A stretch of 64,000 bases of DNA from Diplonema japonicum (taxonomy: Eukaryota > Protista > Euglenozoa: Diplonemea), in NCBI GenBank assembly GCA_964019335.1, contig OZ025758.1, forward strand, positions 145,183 to 209,182. Reading direction: 5' to 3'. The translations under genes were made by a program, and so were the position numbers. Under the pieces are notes generated by a model. That model was not told where the DNA came from and did no database searches. It was given only the letters and a program-made list of their open reading frames with translations. This document shows, piece by piece, positions 48,512 through 60,575 of this stretch (positions within the stretch are counted from its first letter, which is position 1; every line of letters starts with the position of its first letter).

Positions 48512-49047
48512 TTTATTTTCTCTTCTTCTTCCCCTCTCGCCCCCCTCTGATGGATGCTGTTATTTTGTGCTACGACATGGGGAAATGAAAGAAAAAAAAA
48601 TAAGAAGAATAAGAAGCCATATACAATATTACAGGACTGAATAGAGGGGATGGGGGGGGGTAGAATAAAAAAAATGCGGACCATCACACCCATGACCTTT
48701 CTTCGCGGTGAGCCGAGCTGCTGAAATATTAATTAATTTTTTTTTTAATTTGGGGTGGGGGTGGGGTGATTCAGGTTAGGGTTACTGTTTCAACCACAGG
48801 GAAAAAACCAAAATAATTATTGAAAAAAAAAAAAAAAAAAAAAAAAACTAGTTTTGTCCACCCTTTTTTTTTGACCAAAATGAACTGAAGCAGTACACGT
48901 GTGGGGGAAAGCCCGGTGGCCCTCCCCCAACACATCGAAACAAGGAGGTGGACAAATAGCCTCTCGGTGTTAACAAAACAAAAAAAAAAAAAACCAGATT
49001 TAATAAAAAAAAGGACCGCTGGGGGGGGGGACAAAAAAAAAAGGGAG

Positions 49048-50178
49048 CTAGATCATCCTTTCTTGTGAGGCGCTTGTGACCCTTTCCGACATCTGCAGCA
49101 GCTGCTTCACCATGAGATGGCTTTTCTTCACAACGGCTGCTGGTCGACCGCTGTGTGTTGCGAGCGTTAGTTTTTTCTTGAAAAACCCACTGGCAGAGGA
49201 AGGTGTCGAGGCCAAGAGCTCGATCGTCTCCGCATCTTCCTCCAACAACAGCTGCTTCTGAAAGCACGGAGGGTAGTGAGGGGGAATGGAATGAAGAAGC
49301 ACTTCTGGGGGCTTAAAACACCGCAGATATATGTTGGCTATCGCAGCCACGAATTTTCCGAACAAATGCGTCTCGATACATAATGCCCTTCTAAGTGTCC
49401 GTGGCAGTTCCAGCTGCAAGGCTGGGATGCCGAGCAGAGCTGACTGGTGGGTTGTTGTGTGAAAGCCCCGATTGTTGTGCCCTTTTAACTGAGGTTCTGA
49501 TTCGACCCCCATCCGGAGTCTCTTGTACCCGTAACACCTTCTTCCCAAGAAAACACTGCGGAATTCTTCAGTTGCGATTTGTTTCACTTTTTTCGTCACT
49601 TCATGGTCGCGACCCCACACTGCCTCCATCGCACCCGCCCCGAGGTCCATATCCAAATTGTCTTTTCGGTCCATCTTCCCATGTATGTCAATGTGTAGAA
49701 TTGGTAAATTCGTTCGTTGAAAAGCATCTTTCCACTTGAGAAGCGCCTTGTGCCAAGGGGATTTTTTGAAGTCGGAAGCGGTTAGATAATTCGGGTCGAG
49801 GTTCATGGGGTCTTGGGAAACAGCTGTGTCGGGGTTCCAGATTATGAACGACGAGGTGCCCATGTGTTTTGACAAGCGGTCGCCCACGGCTATTGAAAGT
49901 TTGAGGACCAGCTCGGTCACCCATCTTTCTTTCAGGTGTACCCTGCGACGTTCCCCGAATTCCCCTCCTCTGTACAGTTCCAGCCCGTGCGGTGCTGTGA
50001 ACATCACGGGGCCTTCGATGTGCTCGGTGTGTGCTGTTTCCCTGCTGTATAGTATTTGCTTGCCCAAATTCACACACTCCTCTGATGAGCTGGACTTTTG
50101 CCGGTCTGCTGGAGCTAGCACCGAGAGGTCCATGGGTGGTTTTGTTGTTTTACAGTGATCCATAGTTCGTATTGACAT
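49048..50178 (-). CDS. Hypothetical protein, possible N-formylglutamate amidohydrolase / Zn-exopeptidase-like fold
   Basis: FTAPHG, LHIDIHG and ALQLELP motifs; start taken at MSIRT after an A-tract. Confidence 0.6.
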   Translation of the reverse strand: MSIRTMDHCKTTKPPMDLSVLAPADRQKSSSSEECVNLGKQILYSRETAHTEHIEGPVMFTAPHGLELYRGGEFGERRRVHLKERWVTELVLKLSIAVGDRLSKHMGTSSFIIWNPDTAVSQDPMNLDPNYLTASDFKKSPWHKALLKWKDAFQRTNLPILHIDIHGKMDRKDNLDMDLGAGAMEAVWGRDHEVTKKVKQIATEEFRSVFLGRRCYGYKRLRMGVESEPQLKGHNNRGFHTTTHQSALLGIPALQLELPRTLRRALCIETHLFGKFVAAIANIYLRCFKPPEVLLHSIPPHYPPCFQKQLLLEEDAETIELLASTPSSASGFFKKKLTLATHSGRPAAVVKKSHLMVKQLLQMSERVTSASQERMI

Positions 50179-50488
50179 TTTTTTTTCTTTTTTGGGAGAG
50201 GAAAAAAAAAGTCCCCCCACCTCTTGTCAAAATGTGGGGGGGGGGTGGGTGGGATGGGAGAGGACAATGGTAAAAAAAGAAAAAAGCGGGGGGGGGAAAG
50301 AAGAAAAATGCAAGATGTTTTCAACACCAGACGGAAGCCTAGTCCAACCCCCCCCTCCTAAAAATAGGTTTTGTTTTTCTTTTTTTTTTCTTATTTTTTT
50401 TTTATTTTTTACGCTCACCGGATAGACTACAGCTTCTCCCCTCCCGTCCTGTCCCGAAAAAAAAGAGCGTGAAAAAAGGAGGGGGCAT

Positions 50489-50523
<35 letters not shown>

Positions 50524-50597
50524 TGTTGAGACGGCCCTTTGGGGAGTGTATATGTGGGGCGGGGAAAAAAAAATACAAAAAAAAAAAAAAAAACAAC

Positions 50598-51080
50598 TCA
50601 AACAACAACTTGGTGTTGGTTTGCAAACATCGGAAGAGTCATCTGTGAAAGGGTAGGCGGGGACCTCCTGAAGGCGGTTGAAGCTTCTTCCACCGCACGC
50701 CGCCTGGCCAGCAGCGCCTTTCCCTTGACAGGACATAAAACCCTTGCGGCGAAGATCCTGAGCAAGGGGGCAACCAAAGGAAGAGGGAGGCACAGCCCGT
50801 CAAGGAGCGGGCCGGCAATCCGTTCCAGCTTAGAGGCAACGGACAACCGTACCAAATTGTGTCCAATGTACTGCAGCACCACCCATGTGTGTGCATTGGG
50901 CGTGTTCACAGTGTGGGTGTTGTAAGGCTTGTTGTCCTCCGTCCAGATTATCTGCAATGTGTCACCGGAGATCATCCTCCTCCGTTGCTCCTGCCCCGCA
51001 TCATTGACCCCGCCCACTATAGTGCACACGTGGAAGGCGATCTCAGTGGTTGGTGTTGCGTAGTAGACCATGCTTGGGTG

Positions 51081-51118
<38 letters not shown>

Positions 51119-51259
51119 CAAAATCCGCACCTCTTCATCGTATTGTACGCCCCCTGTGTAACCCTTGTGCGTTTTCAGATCGACTTTCCAACCCAGACCG
51201 TTGACGAAGCTTTTGTACTCGTTCCCACAGGCTGCGTGGCTGTTCGAAAGTATCTGTTG

Positions 51260-51292
<33 letters not shown>

Positions 51293-54200
51293 GAAAAATC
51301 CGTACCTCGCTGGAGTTCACTTGTCCTTCGAGGACGCACATCACCGCGACGCAGATTCGTTCTCTTTCCGGTGTTTCGTCTAGCTTCAGCAAACTGTGCA
51401 GAACGGAGTTCGGGTCGTCCCCAGCAAGCCGCAGCCCCACAGGCGGCGTGGGCGTCGCAAACGTCGGATAAGCCGCTTGATGAAAATCCGCAAGAACATG
51501 GCTTGCAAGAAACTCACGGGACAAAATACCGGCAGGAGGGTTGCACGGGGGACACGACGGTGTGGTCGAAGAAATGCACGCGTTACCCGTTTTAGAAAGC
51601 GGCGACAAAGGCGTGGCAGAAACTGAAGATGGAACGGGAAGCGACACCGAGACCGGTGTGTGGTGTATCTGGTACCCCGGCGTGTACAAATGCACCAAAT
51701 CTTTCAACTGATCGTTCCCTGACCCGGAGGCCGCAACACTGCAAGATTCGTGCATCGCACAGGTACGAACCCGTCCCATAACAGCGCCGGACTTTGATCT
51801 GAAGTGGCCGTACCCCACACCTGAATTGGTGGAGAAAAGAGAAGACTGTAAGTCTCGAACCTGTTTAACCTTCCACGAAGCGCGTCCCACCTCGCTCCTG
51901 GACGTTAACAAGAAGTCCCGCGTGTCCTCCGACTCTGAGAGTGACACCAACGCCTCACCGCTTTTCAAATACGTTTGGTGGAAGTCAAAACAGGTTAAGT
52001 CTGGTGTTGTCGCTGTGGATACCATCGACGGTCCAAGCCCTTCTACCGGGTAGAGTCTGTACCAAGTGACTATGTGGTGGAGGACTACCGAAGCTGTGTC
52101 TTTGATGGTTTGAACCGTGGTGGCTTCAACACCGGTCCACCATTTCTTTTCCGTGATCAAAACAGCGTTTGCGTAGGGTGTTGTGGAGGCCTGAACAGGG
52201 GACGTCAGGTTCTGTGTTGTGATGGGAAGGTACCAGTTTGCTTGCGTCCGCCCGGAGATAGAGTACGAGAGGGAATCGATGGCAAGATTTAAAATTTTTT
52301 CCGACGGGCGGAAGTTTAACAATGCGGTGTGGACTCCGTGCGTCAACGAGCTGGTCACTTCTATGGGTGTTGAGATGCTTGTGTTGCGGTTGTGAAATGT
52401 GCTGAACAGCAGACCCGACGCGAGGTACGCGATGAGTTCGTCTTGAAACGCCTGCGGCAGGTTGTCCCTGCACACCTCAGCTATCGTCGGCGTTTCTTCC
52501 GCAGCGGCAACCGCCACCCTCGCATCCGTGTCGAAAAATCGCATCGACAGGCATTTCAACAACGCCGGGTCCTTGTTTTTCAACATACACACGGACAATG
52601 CTTTAATGGACAGAACCCGTGTTTCTGTATCTTGGTACCCACCCATACCAGCCGTGATGCCTCCGACAGCAATGTTGAACAGATCCTTGTATTTTTTCGG
52701 GCGGTTTAAACTGCTTTGAAGCATTGTGGAGGCTACGATTCCGGCTTCCTTGTATCCGACAGGCCATTCCACGGTTTCGTCCGACCTCCCAATGCACACG
52801 GACGCCGCCCATAGCAATAGAGAAACTGCAGCGCAGCGAACAGAAACTTCGCGTTTTGGGTCCCGTTCTGGTGACGGTTGCGTAGTGAGGTACACATAGG
52901 CACCAATGACCATTGGTGCAAGCAATGGTAAACAACCTGTGTGATGGCTGACAAAAACATGCGCAGCTTGTGTGTTAGAACCGGTACTGTTACACGGAAA
53001 CAACCTGTATATGACAACCCTTAGGAGCCGTGTGTCCGCTCCCGATAGCGCCTTCGAAATTGCAACGATGATAACTGATAGGTAGCTCGACTCGATTTGA
53101 TGTCCCATTGTGAGTAGGTCGCAGATGGTTGCCACGGAGACGATGGGCAGTTCGGCGACGGAGGACCCACGGCGGAACCCCCTCAGCAAGATAGGAAGAA
53201 ACAGTTTGCACAGAACCCTGTGGGGCAACACGGATTTTTGAAGCGGGAGCGGCCGCTGTATTGAACTGAGCAAATGCGACGGGGCCGTTAGCAAACCATC
53301 GTGTACCACCTTTCTCCTTGGTTCCACCATGCGGTGCGAGTGTGCGGCAAAAAGCAAATCAGCCACAACATCGCTAACCGTGTGCATTTTCGCGAGGTGG
53401 ATCGGTGGTGGGCTTTTTAACTCGGATCCGTTACACATTCTCATCACGAAGCTTGTCCATAGTTTTGCGATTTGTTTCGTGTCCAGTCCCTCGACTAGCT
53501 TTTGCACGGTGTACTCGATCGGCTGTTGCCGTTGCTTGTGAACCCCGAGCAGCCCCACAACATCTTCATCCCCACCGCCCAACCCGGCAAGCTCCGTTTT
53601 CACGACCAATGACGAAAACGGGAAGCTCAACGTTATATCGCTGCAGGTTCCAATCATGAGCCGCAGCATAGCCAGGACAGCGATCCTCCAATGGGTTACA
53701 ACAGGCGAAACGGAAAATGTTTCTATCGGCCCACCAACGATGCATGATGTACAAGGGATGAACGCAGCTTGGACTGTCTTTTTTTCGTTAGGTTCAGGTG
53801 AGCTAGTGGCCGCGTCGAGTATTGGTTGGATAGCCTCGAATTGTTGCTCTGTGGGGCGGTTGAGGAGCAGCAGTGTCCAAAATGCACGCGAGGTCAGCTC
53901 CCGTTTGGCTTCGGTCACAACCGACCCTATCATAGTGCCAGTCTCGCCGCCCGACTCCGGGAGAAACATCTTTCGAAAAATCTCCATCGTGAACGTCTGC
54001 AAAACCTCGTTCTTCACGTTGTCTAAGCTCGACGATTTGATCCTCTGGACCAACCCGGCGCCTATCTGCGTGTTTATAAACGCTTCCACAACCATTTCTA
54101 TTGTGCAGTACCACACGCGAAGCGCGCCGGGTGTCGCTGTTTTCAAATCGGGGTTGCATTGAAACACACCGCTTAGAACGGCCAACAACCATGACAAGCA

Positions 54201-55121
54201 TTCTTCTGGGTGTTCCTGTATCACATTTGGGGATGGACTGTACTGTTCGGAGACCCAGCCTGTCGTGATGCGGACTAGTTTGTACCCTAGAATCAGATCC
54301 TCTTGAGTGTCGACGTTGCACACGTTAACCTTTAGAATGCTGATTACAATTAGGACATCTTCCCTTGTAGACAGGATTGTGTTGATGGTATTTGAATTCT
54401 GCAACAATGGGTACAGGTAGTGCGTGATGAAGGTGTGGCAGCGTCGACCTGTAACACGCGGGACAATTTCCTCCTTCGCAAAACCCCACCAAAACGGACG
54501 GGCTTCTACGGGATCTGCCACAGAACGCGTGTGGCAGTGCGTGAAAAAATCAGAGTACAGCTCCACAGCGTCCGATGGGTTGGGACATCCTGGGAGAAAT
54601 GAATACCTCGGTGCTGAAGAAGGAGTTTCCCGAAGCTCCATTGCCACAAGAAGTGTGAATTTTAAATTTCTATCGGAAAACCCCACCGTGCTAAGGAGAG
54701 TCAGGAGGATGTCAAGCGCGTATCGGCGAATATATAATATATTGTCTGGGTGGGTAGCTTTTGCGAGTTCGTTTCCAAACCACTCGCGCTGCCAGCCGGA
54801 GCGGACTTTTTCTTTGTTCACCAGAATCAGCAGTTTTATAACGTCAAGAACTGCAACCACGAGTTCCATGCCTACTTGTTTTCCCTTCACCACGTGGAGG
54901 GTGACCATGCCCCTGAGCTGCTCTGCGCACATTTCCATAATTGCATCGGAGTTCTTCTGGTAGAAGGTGTGGACGTCCCGTTCCTTGATGCCGTCGTCCT
55001 GCAGCGCGTACAGGGCTCTCCACCTGTCCTTTAGCTTCGCGCTGGTGTCCAGTATCTTCTTCTCCTTGCTTCGAATTTTCGGGTCTGTCAACGGGGACCC
55101 CGTTTCCGCTGTGTGGTGCAT
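50598..55121 (-). CDS. Large Rap/Ran-GAP-domain protein (RalGAP-alpha/tuberin-like), ~1474 aa; exons 51306-55121, 51131-51253 and 50598-51083
   Basis: GT-AG introns 51254-51305 and 51084-51130 rebuild ...GQVNSSE|ILSN...FVNGLGWKVDLKTHKGYTGG...|...YYA...EIAFHVCT...IIWTE. Confidence 0.85.
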
Positions 55122-55401
55122 TTTTTTCTTCTTTTTTTTCCCCACTATGTAACGATAGATTTGCGCGGAGGTGGGAACGGTCGGAAATATTTCTAAAGGA
55201 AATATAAGATACCGAGTGAAAAAGAAAACTAAAAGGAAGAAAAAAAAGAAAAAAAAAAAAAAACGAGAACCAAATCCAAAATCATTTTTTTTTTTTTTTT
55301 TGTAAAACACAAATAAAAAAAGCTGCCAGTAGGTTTTTGTTAAAAATTCTACATTCCTCTTCTCCCCTCCCCCCCCCCCCCCCCCACACACACACACCCA
55401 T

Positions 55402-56210
55402 TTATCCCCCTAGATTTAGCACGACAAGCGCGAACACCACCCAGAGCAGGCTTCGTGAAAGGACTCCACGTAAGGAGTGCCCAGAATTAAGGTTGAGCTG
55501 CATGGGGTTACACCGCCCTCGGAAAACGCCATAAGACGAGGTGTCCCAATCGGTGTCGGACCCCCAGTTGGTGTATGAAGAGTCGGTTGGACAGTGGAAC
55601 TTTTTTTTTTCTCCAATTTTTTTTTTTTTTTTTTTCCCTTGCAAACCTCGAGCTCCACGGGGCACTTCCTGACCACCTCGTGACAAACATCAGCGCAAGT
55701 TTTTTGCAACCGACCAAAAACATCGTTCTCACTATCGTCCCGACACTTTCTTGGGAACACAACACTGCAGACCCACGACCTGTAAGCCATCTGGCACGGT
55801 GTGCAGTTGAAGTACGGGTAGAAGTCTCTGCAGTTGAACCGTGCGAGGATCTTGCTTGCTGCTTCGTGGTACCTCCTAGCTTGGTCGTCCATGGCCTCCA
55901 CTGTGGTGGTCCTTGGTATTACTGTTGTGTAGTTTGAGGAGCAGCAGAACAGCGATTTGCTGTAGTTGGCAAGGTAGACCGTGGTGTACTTGTTGGTGAA
56001 GTCCGCGAGAGGTTCTCCGGCGTTCTGACTGTCGTCTGCCATGCAGTAAGGAGGCTCCGCCCACTCCTCCGACCCGAATCTCGTCTCGACCGACCCGTCG
56101 TTGCAGTACGAACCATACCCGGGCAGACCTGCCCCGGCGACCCCCCGCCACAAGGATGTCATGATGCACAGAAGTGTAACGGTTGCGAAAGGGTGTGCAT
56201 TGGGGAGCAT
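55402..56210 (-). CDS. Mid1/FAM155(NALF)-like Cys-rich secreted or GPI-anchored protein; exons 55647-56210 and 55402-55599
   Basis: C..AYRSWVCSVVFPRKC...C.DVC.EVVRKCP.ELE|FHCP across a 47-nt intron (55600-55646); signal peptide and hydrophobic C-terminus. Confidence 0.75.
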
Positions 56211-56308
56211 TTTTTTTTTTTGTTTTTTTTGTTTTTCCCCTTACCCCACCCCCCTCCTTTTTTTTTTTTATAAACAAAGGTTCACGAAGAAAGCAATAAG
56301 GCGCAGAA

Positions 56309-56341
<33 letters not shown>

Positions 56342-56359
56342 AGAAGAAAAAAAAAAATA

Positions 56360-57127
56360 TTACACCAGCTCATCCCACGCGGTCATCCTGTTATTCACAA
56401 CGGGGACCAACCACAGTGCAGGCTGGTCACCAAGAACCTCCTTCAGGTTCGCACACAAACCTTTGCTGTAAGGCGTGCCGGGAGTGAAGTCTGCCTCGAT
56501 GGTGGTTTGGTTCAAAAGGATCTGCTTCCAGGTCATGTAAAAGAACGCGGAGGCAAAGAAAAGCAGCGCCACCGCGAACACCGAGTAGATGGAGAACGTG
56601 AAGAGAAGTGAGAGCGAGACCCAGATGGAGTGGGCGGGCGCGGGAAATGTGCGGACAGGACTGTTCACAGGCCGCGTATAGAACACGTAAAACAGCACCC
56701 CGAAGTAGTGGTAAGTCGTTGCTGTCACGTAGAGCATGAAAAGCGCAAAAAGCTTGTGGTTGTTGGCACCAACACAATTGTCTATCCAATCGCAATGGTG
56801 GTCGTACCTCTCCACGCACCTCTTGCAATATGAACAGTGATGAGCTCTAGGTGGTCGGTGTTGCTCACATGACCGACAGTAACTGCTCTCCAAAATCACT
56901 CGGCTCATGCCCGGGTCGTCAGGTGGGGACCACCCCTTCGCCACCTCCCCTGGTGATCGGACCACACATCCCCACAGGCACCACAGTGCCAAACCCGAAT
57001 CAACAATCGCAAATCTAAAATTCTTACCGAACCCCACAAGGACCCCTACAATGCACACGTATCCAAAGAGCATCACTGTAATAAAGATCGGGAGGGCCAG
57101 CGACTGCTCCGGCCTGTTGCGAAACAT
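56360..57127 (-). CDS. DHHC palmitoyltransferase
   Basis: RPPRAHHCSYCKRCVERYDHHCDWIDNCVG, TM helices and the TTIE motif. Confidence 0.95.
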   Translation of the reverse strand: MFRNRPEQSLALPIFITVMLFGYVCIVGVLVGFGKNFRFAIVDSGLALWCLWGCVVRSPGEVAKGWSPPDDPGMSRVILESSYCRSCEQHRPPRAHHCSYCKRCVERYDHHCDWIDNCVGANNHKLFALFMLYVTATTYHYFGVLFYVFYTRPVNSPVRTFPAPAHSIWVSLSLLFTFSIYSVFAVALLFFASAFFYMTWKQILLNQTTIEADFTPGTPYSKGLCANLKEVLGDQPALWLVPVVNNRMTAWDELV

Positions 57128-57203
57128 TTTTTTTTTTTTTTTGGTTTTACTTAACGGTGTTTAGTGTGTGCGGGGGGAGGGGGAAGGGAATTTTTTTATT
57201 TTT

Positions 57204-57748
57204 TTTTATTTCACTCTTCGTCATTTTCTTCACTCACTAGGGGCCTCATTATTTAACGCGAAATGGCCATTATTTAACGCGAAATCGCCATTATTTAACT
57301 AGTTAAATAATGAGATTTTGCAGTTAAATAATGGCCCTTCAGAGTGGAAAAATGGGTCTTGTCGTGGAAAAAAATGCACCCAACCCCTTGAAAAATTTTT
57401 TTGGGGTGGGGGTATTTTGACTATTTTTGGCCATCTGAGGCCATTCCAGCCCTTAAAAGTGGGAATAAGTGCCTTACTTCCCCTTTAAATGCCACGGCGA
57501 AATAGTTACCCTGTATTACCTTAGGAAAATCCCCAAAAAGCTGACCTGCGTGAAAAAAAACAGCAGTGAAAGCAGTGAAGAGTGAGTGACTCAAATGACG
57601 AAAAGTGAAATAAAACGACTTACTTGCCGTCAAATGAGCCATTATTTAACACTCGTTACCGTTTTTTTGCACGAGGGCCCGCAGGGCCCTCGTGCAAAAA
57701 ATTCGGGAACTCGAGTTAAATAATGACTCATTATTTGTTGGCAATAAA

Positions 57749-57752
<4 letters not shown>
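57204..57752. mobile_element. ~550-bp non-autonomous element with asymmetric inverted repeats, phased 11-bp motifs and terminal hairpin
   Basis: 57204-57238 versus rc(57581-57615) is 31/35; CATTATTTAAC occurs 7 times in both orientations; perfect 18-bp hairpin at 57663-57701. Confidence 0.7.
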
Positions 57753-57790
<38 letters not shown>

Positions 57791-57813
57791 AAGACACCTC
57801 GTAGGTGTGTTTA

Positions 57814-58992
57814 CTATCTATTTGTGGTTTTCGGTCTCAAACCGCGTTCCGCTACTCTTTTGAGCAATGTGTTCAGCTTTTGTTTGCTAAGCGGGTCCGC
57901 TGCTCGCCGCGCGGACTTTTCTTCCGCGAGACCGTTCAGGTGGTGGGACGTGGGTGGGGTACCCCATCTCGGGTCAGGGGGGCCAGAGTACCCAACAGCA
58001 AGTTGTCTCAGCTTCGATCCCTGCGAAAATGCTCGCACGACCTCCAGAACGGCCTTGAGAATCTTCAACGATTCCTGCTTAGGAGCGATTTCCCGCTTAC
58101 TCTGAGGTAAGGTAGGCGGTACGGTAAGAGGTACAGGTTGAACCACCACTGGATAACGGCGCTGCGGAACCACGTGAACGGGAACAGGCCGGGTTTGCTC
58201 GTATTCATCCGTTTCTTCCAAAACCCGTTTTTTTCGCAGAACAGGACGGGCAAAAGGTTCTATGACCTCTTGATCCAGTACTGCACGGGGGCTCGGACCC
58301 TTGAACACAGGGGGTGCTGTTGGGATTACCTCAGTTTTCTCAGACTTCAACACAGTGGTCCTGTGCACCACAGGAACGTTTCCCCTAGTTGCTTCCGCTT
58401 TGCACGTCACCACTGCTGGTGCCGAGCGTCTCGTCACACTCACAGGAACCGGGATGGGCGGACTTGGGGCATATCCGTATATTTCAGTGTTTGTTGGCCC
58501 CGTTGCAATAACCTGTTTTTTCTTCGGCGGGAGTACAGGGAGGTTGAACCCTTCTATAACCTCATCTTCTTCCGAGTTCGGCCCCTTCCAATTCAAACCC
58601 TGAGCTGGGATCACGTTGGGCACTACATTCTTCTTCATCACAGGCCCCCTTGGAAAGTTCCGTCCCAGCTCATCCAAAGACATTCGTGGCAGAGGAGGAG
58701 GAGGAGGTGGTGACACGATCGGCGGTGTCGGAGTGGACCCCTCCACCTTAACAGGTATGTTAAAAGGCAAGCCGTCGTGTAGTTTCGGCTGTGTCTTCCC
58801 CTTTGCTTGGTACCGAAACATGCGTTTCTTCTCATCGATCTCAATATCCAGCCGTCCCCTTGGGCACTCTGTAACATGTTTAAACAGCCAAAAGGGGCTG
58901 TTTGGGCTCTTCACGGGTACCCACCCCACTGGCAGCTGTGGTAACTCCTTCTCTGATTCATAGACCACTCGCTGGGTTCCCTGCACATTCAT
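57814..58992 (-). CDS. Hypothetical Pro/Val-rich protein
   Basis: 392-aa ORF on the cluster strand; WW-like LPVGW start. Confidence 0.65.
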   Translation of the reverse strand: MNVQGTQRVVYESEKELPQLPVGWVPVKSPNSPFWLFKHVTECPRGRLDIEIDEKKRMFRYQAKGKTQPKLHDGLPFNIPVKVEGSTPTPPIVSPPPPPPLPRMSLDELGRNFPRGPVMKKNVVPNVIPAQGLNWKGPNSEEDEVIEGFNLPVLPPKKKQVIATGPTNTEIYGYAPSPPIPVPVSVTRRSAPAVVTCKAEATRGNVPVVHRTTVLKSEKTEVIPTAPPVFKGPSPRAVLDQEVIEPFARPVLRKKRVLEETDEYEQTRPVPVHVVPQRRYPVVVQPVPLTVPPTLPQSKREIAPKQESLKILKAVLEVVRAFSQGSKLRQLAVGYSGPPDPRWGTPPTSHHLNGLAEEKSARRAADPLSKQKLNTLLKRVAERGLRPKTTNR

Positions 58993-59485
58993 CGAGTAGG
59001 AGCAGGTCGTTCCAACTACCTCTTTTTTTTTTCCCCCCCTTTTTTTTTTCTTTCAATAAGAGATTAAGGAGGCCAGTGTTGGTGGCGCCCTGAACAAGTG
59101 CTGTCTACAAACAAAAAATCGAGGGAGCGTCTTTTTTTTTGAAGGGACCCCCTGCAGCTCCCTTGTGGGGGGGGGGGGGGGGGGGTGCAGATGGGAATGA
59201 CACTGTCACCCAACGCAACATGTGGGTCGTCCAAAGCCGCTGCTACTAACCTACTCCTCCCCCCCCCCTTCTTTTTCTTTGTTTCCCGGCCAAAACTTGT
59301 TAAACATAAAAAAACAAAAGGAGAAACACACTCCCTTCCGGGAGAGGCGCGCGGGGGGGGGGGGTATTTTTTTCCTCTTTTTCATTTTCTTTTCTTTCCC
59401 TTTACAGAAGTAAAGGCTGGAGGGAGGGGGGGGTGGGAGAGATTAAAATGTTAAGGGGGAGGAGGGAGGGGGAGGAAGAATGGTT

Positions 59486-60022
59486 TTACCCCGACAACGG
59501 AGGCAGCGAATTATTATCGGTGAAATGCAACCCGCCGCAGTGGTCGACAGCGATGCCGGATCGTGCTGCAGTTTTAATGTGGCCGCTGGAATTACCTCCG
59601 TTTGTAGCAGGGCGGTGGCGGGGGGGCCGGGAGGCAGCTGCAGAGTTGTCATTCACGATATCCCGCAGGCAGGTCATGACCTGATGGAGGCGATGGCTTG
59701 AAGTGGTAGAGTTCGGGGAAATATTGCCATTGCTACGGGTGTGCCGCGACCTCTGCTTTGTCACCAGGGTTTTCAGTGTATCTTCAGCGGCCTTTCGGGC
59801 CTTACGTTCCCTCTCCAGCAATGCTTCCAACTTCGACAATTTTTCCAAAGCAACTGAGCTCGAAATGCTCCCCTGCGTGCTGCTTCTTGCTGTACATGAC
59901 CCTGTGCCTGACACCTGACTCGGGGCTCTTGGGGTTATTCCAGAACCAGTGCTTCTGGTGATACTTTTCACACTCCCGGGGTGCCGAGAAGACCCTGATT
60001 CTGAAAAATTAATCGAAACCAT
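59486..60022 (-). CDS. Hypothetical Ser-rich coiled-coil protein
   Basis: Start at MVSINF; LEKLSKLEALLERERKARKAAE coiled coil. Confidence 0.6.
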   Translation of the reverse strand: MVSINFSESGSSRHPGSVKSITRSTGSGITPRAPSQVSGTGSCTARSSTQGSISSSVALEKLSKLEALLERERKARKAAEDTLKTLVTKQRSRHTRSNGNISPNSTTSSHRLHQVMTCLRDIVNDNSAAASRPPRHRPATNGGNSSGHIKTAARSGIAVDHCGGLHFTDNNSLPPLSG

Positions 60023-60575
60023 GTTTGTCTTTCCTTTGCAGCTTGTTAACACACCAAAGGGGGGGGGGAGAAAAAAACATGAAATTGTAAATGAAAAAAA
60101 TGAAGAGGGAAAAAAAAAAGGGAAGAGAGCAGCAAAAAAAAAAAAAAAAAAAGGAGGGGGTTTTAGTGCAGAGGGGACGTCGCTAAAAAATTTTAATGCA
60201 AAGAAAAAAAGAAGAAAAAAAAAAAAAAAAAAAAGGCAAATTCGCAGTTTCTTTTGACTCCACGTCAGAGCCAAAAGGGGGAAGAAGAAAAGAAAAAGAA
60301 AACCCGGAAGAAAAAAAAAAAAGCAAGTAGCAGGGGAAAGGGGTAGGAAGGGTCACATGATTGTGTGGGTAAAACGGATTCTTTCAATTTCCCCCAGTGC
60401 AGACTACGGAGGCAAAAAAAAAAAAAAAAAAAAAAATTGAGGCATATTATTTTCACCAAAAAAAAACCCTTACTTCTACGGAACATAGCAAAGAAGGAAA
60501 AAAAAAAAAAAAAAAAAGAAAAAAAACGGTTGGAAAACCATTTTAAAAAAAAAAAAAATTTTTTTTTTTCCTCTC

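Noticed and set aside
55122-55397. N-terminal poly-F/poly-K extensions in the ORF track (also at 32479, 50220 and 60274)
   Set aside because: Translations of homopolymeric intergenic or intronic DNA from non-ATG or upstream starts.
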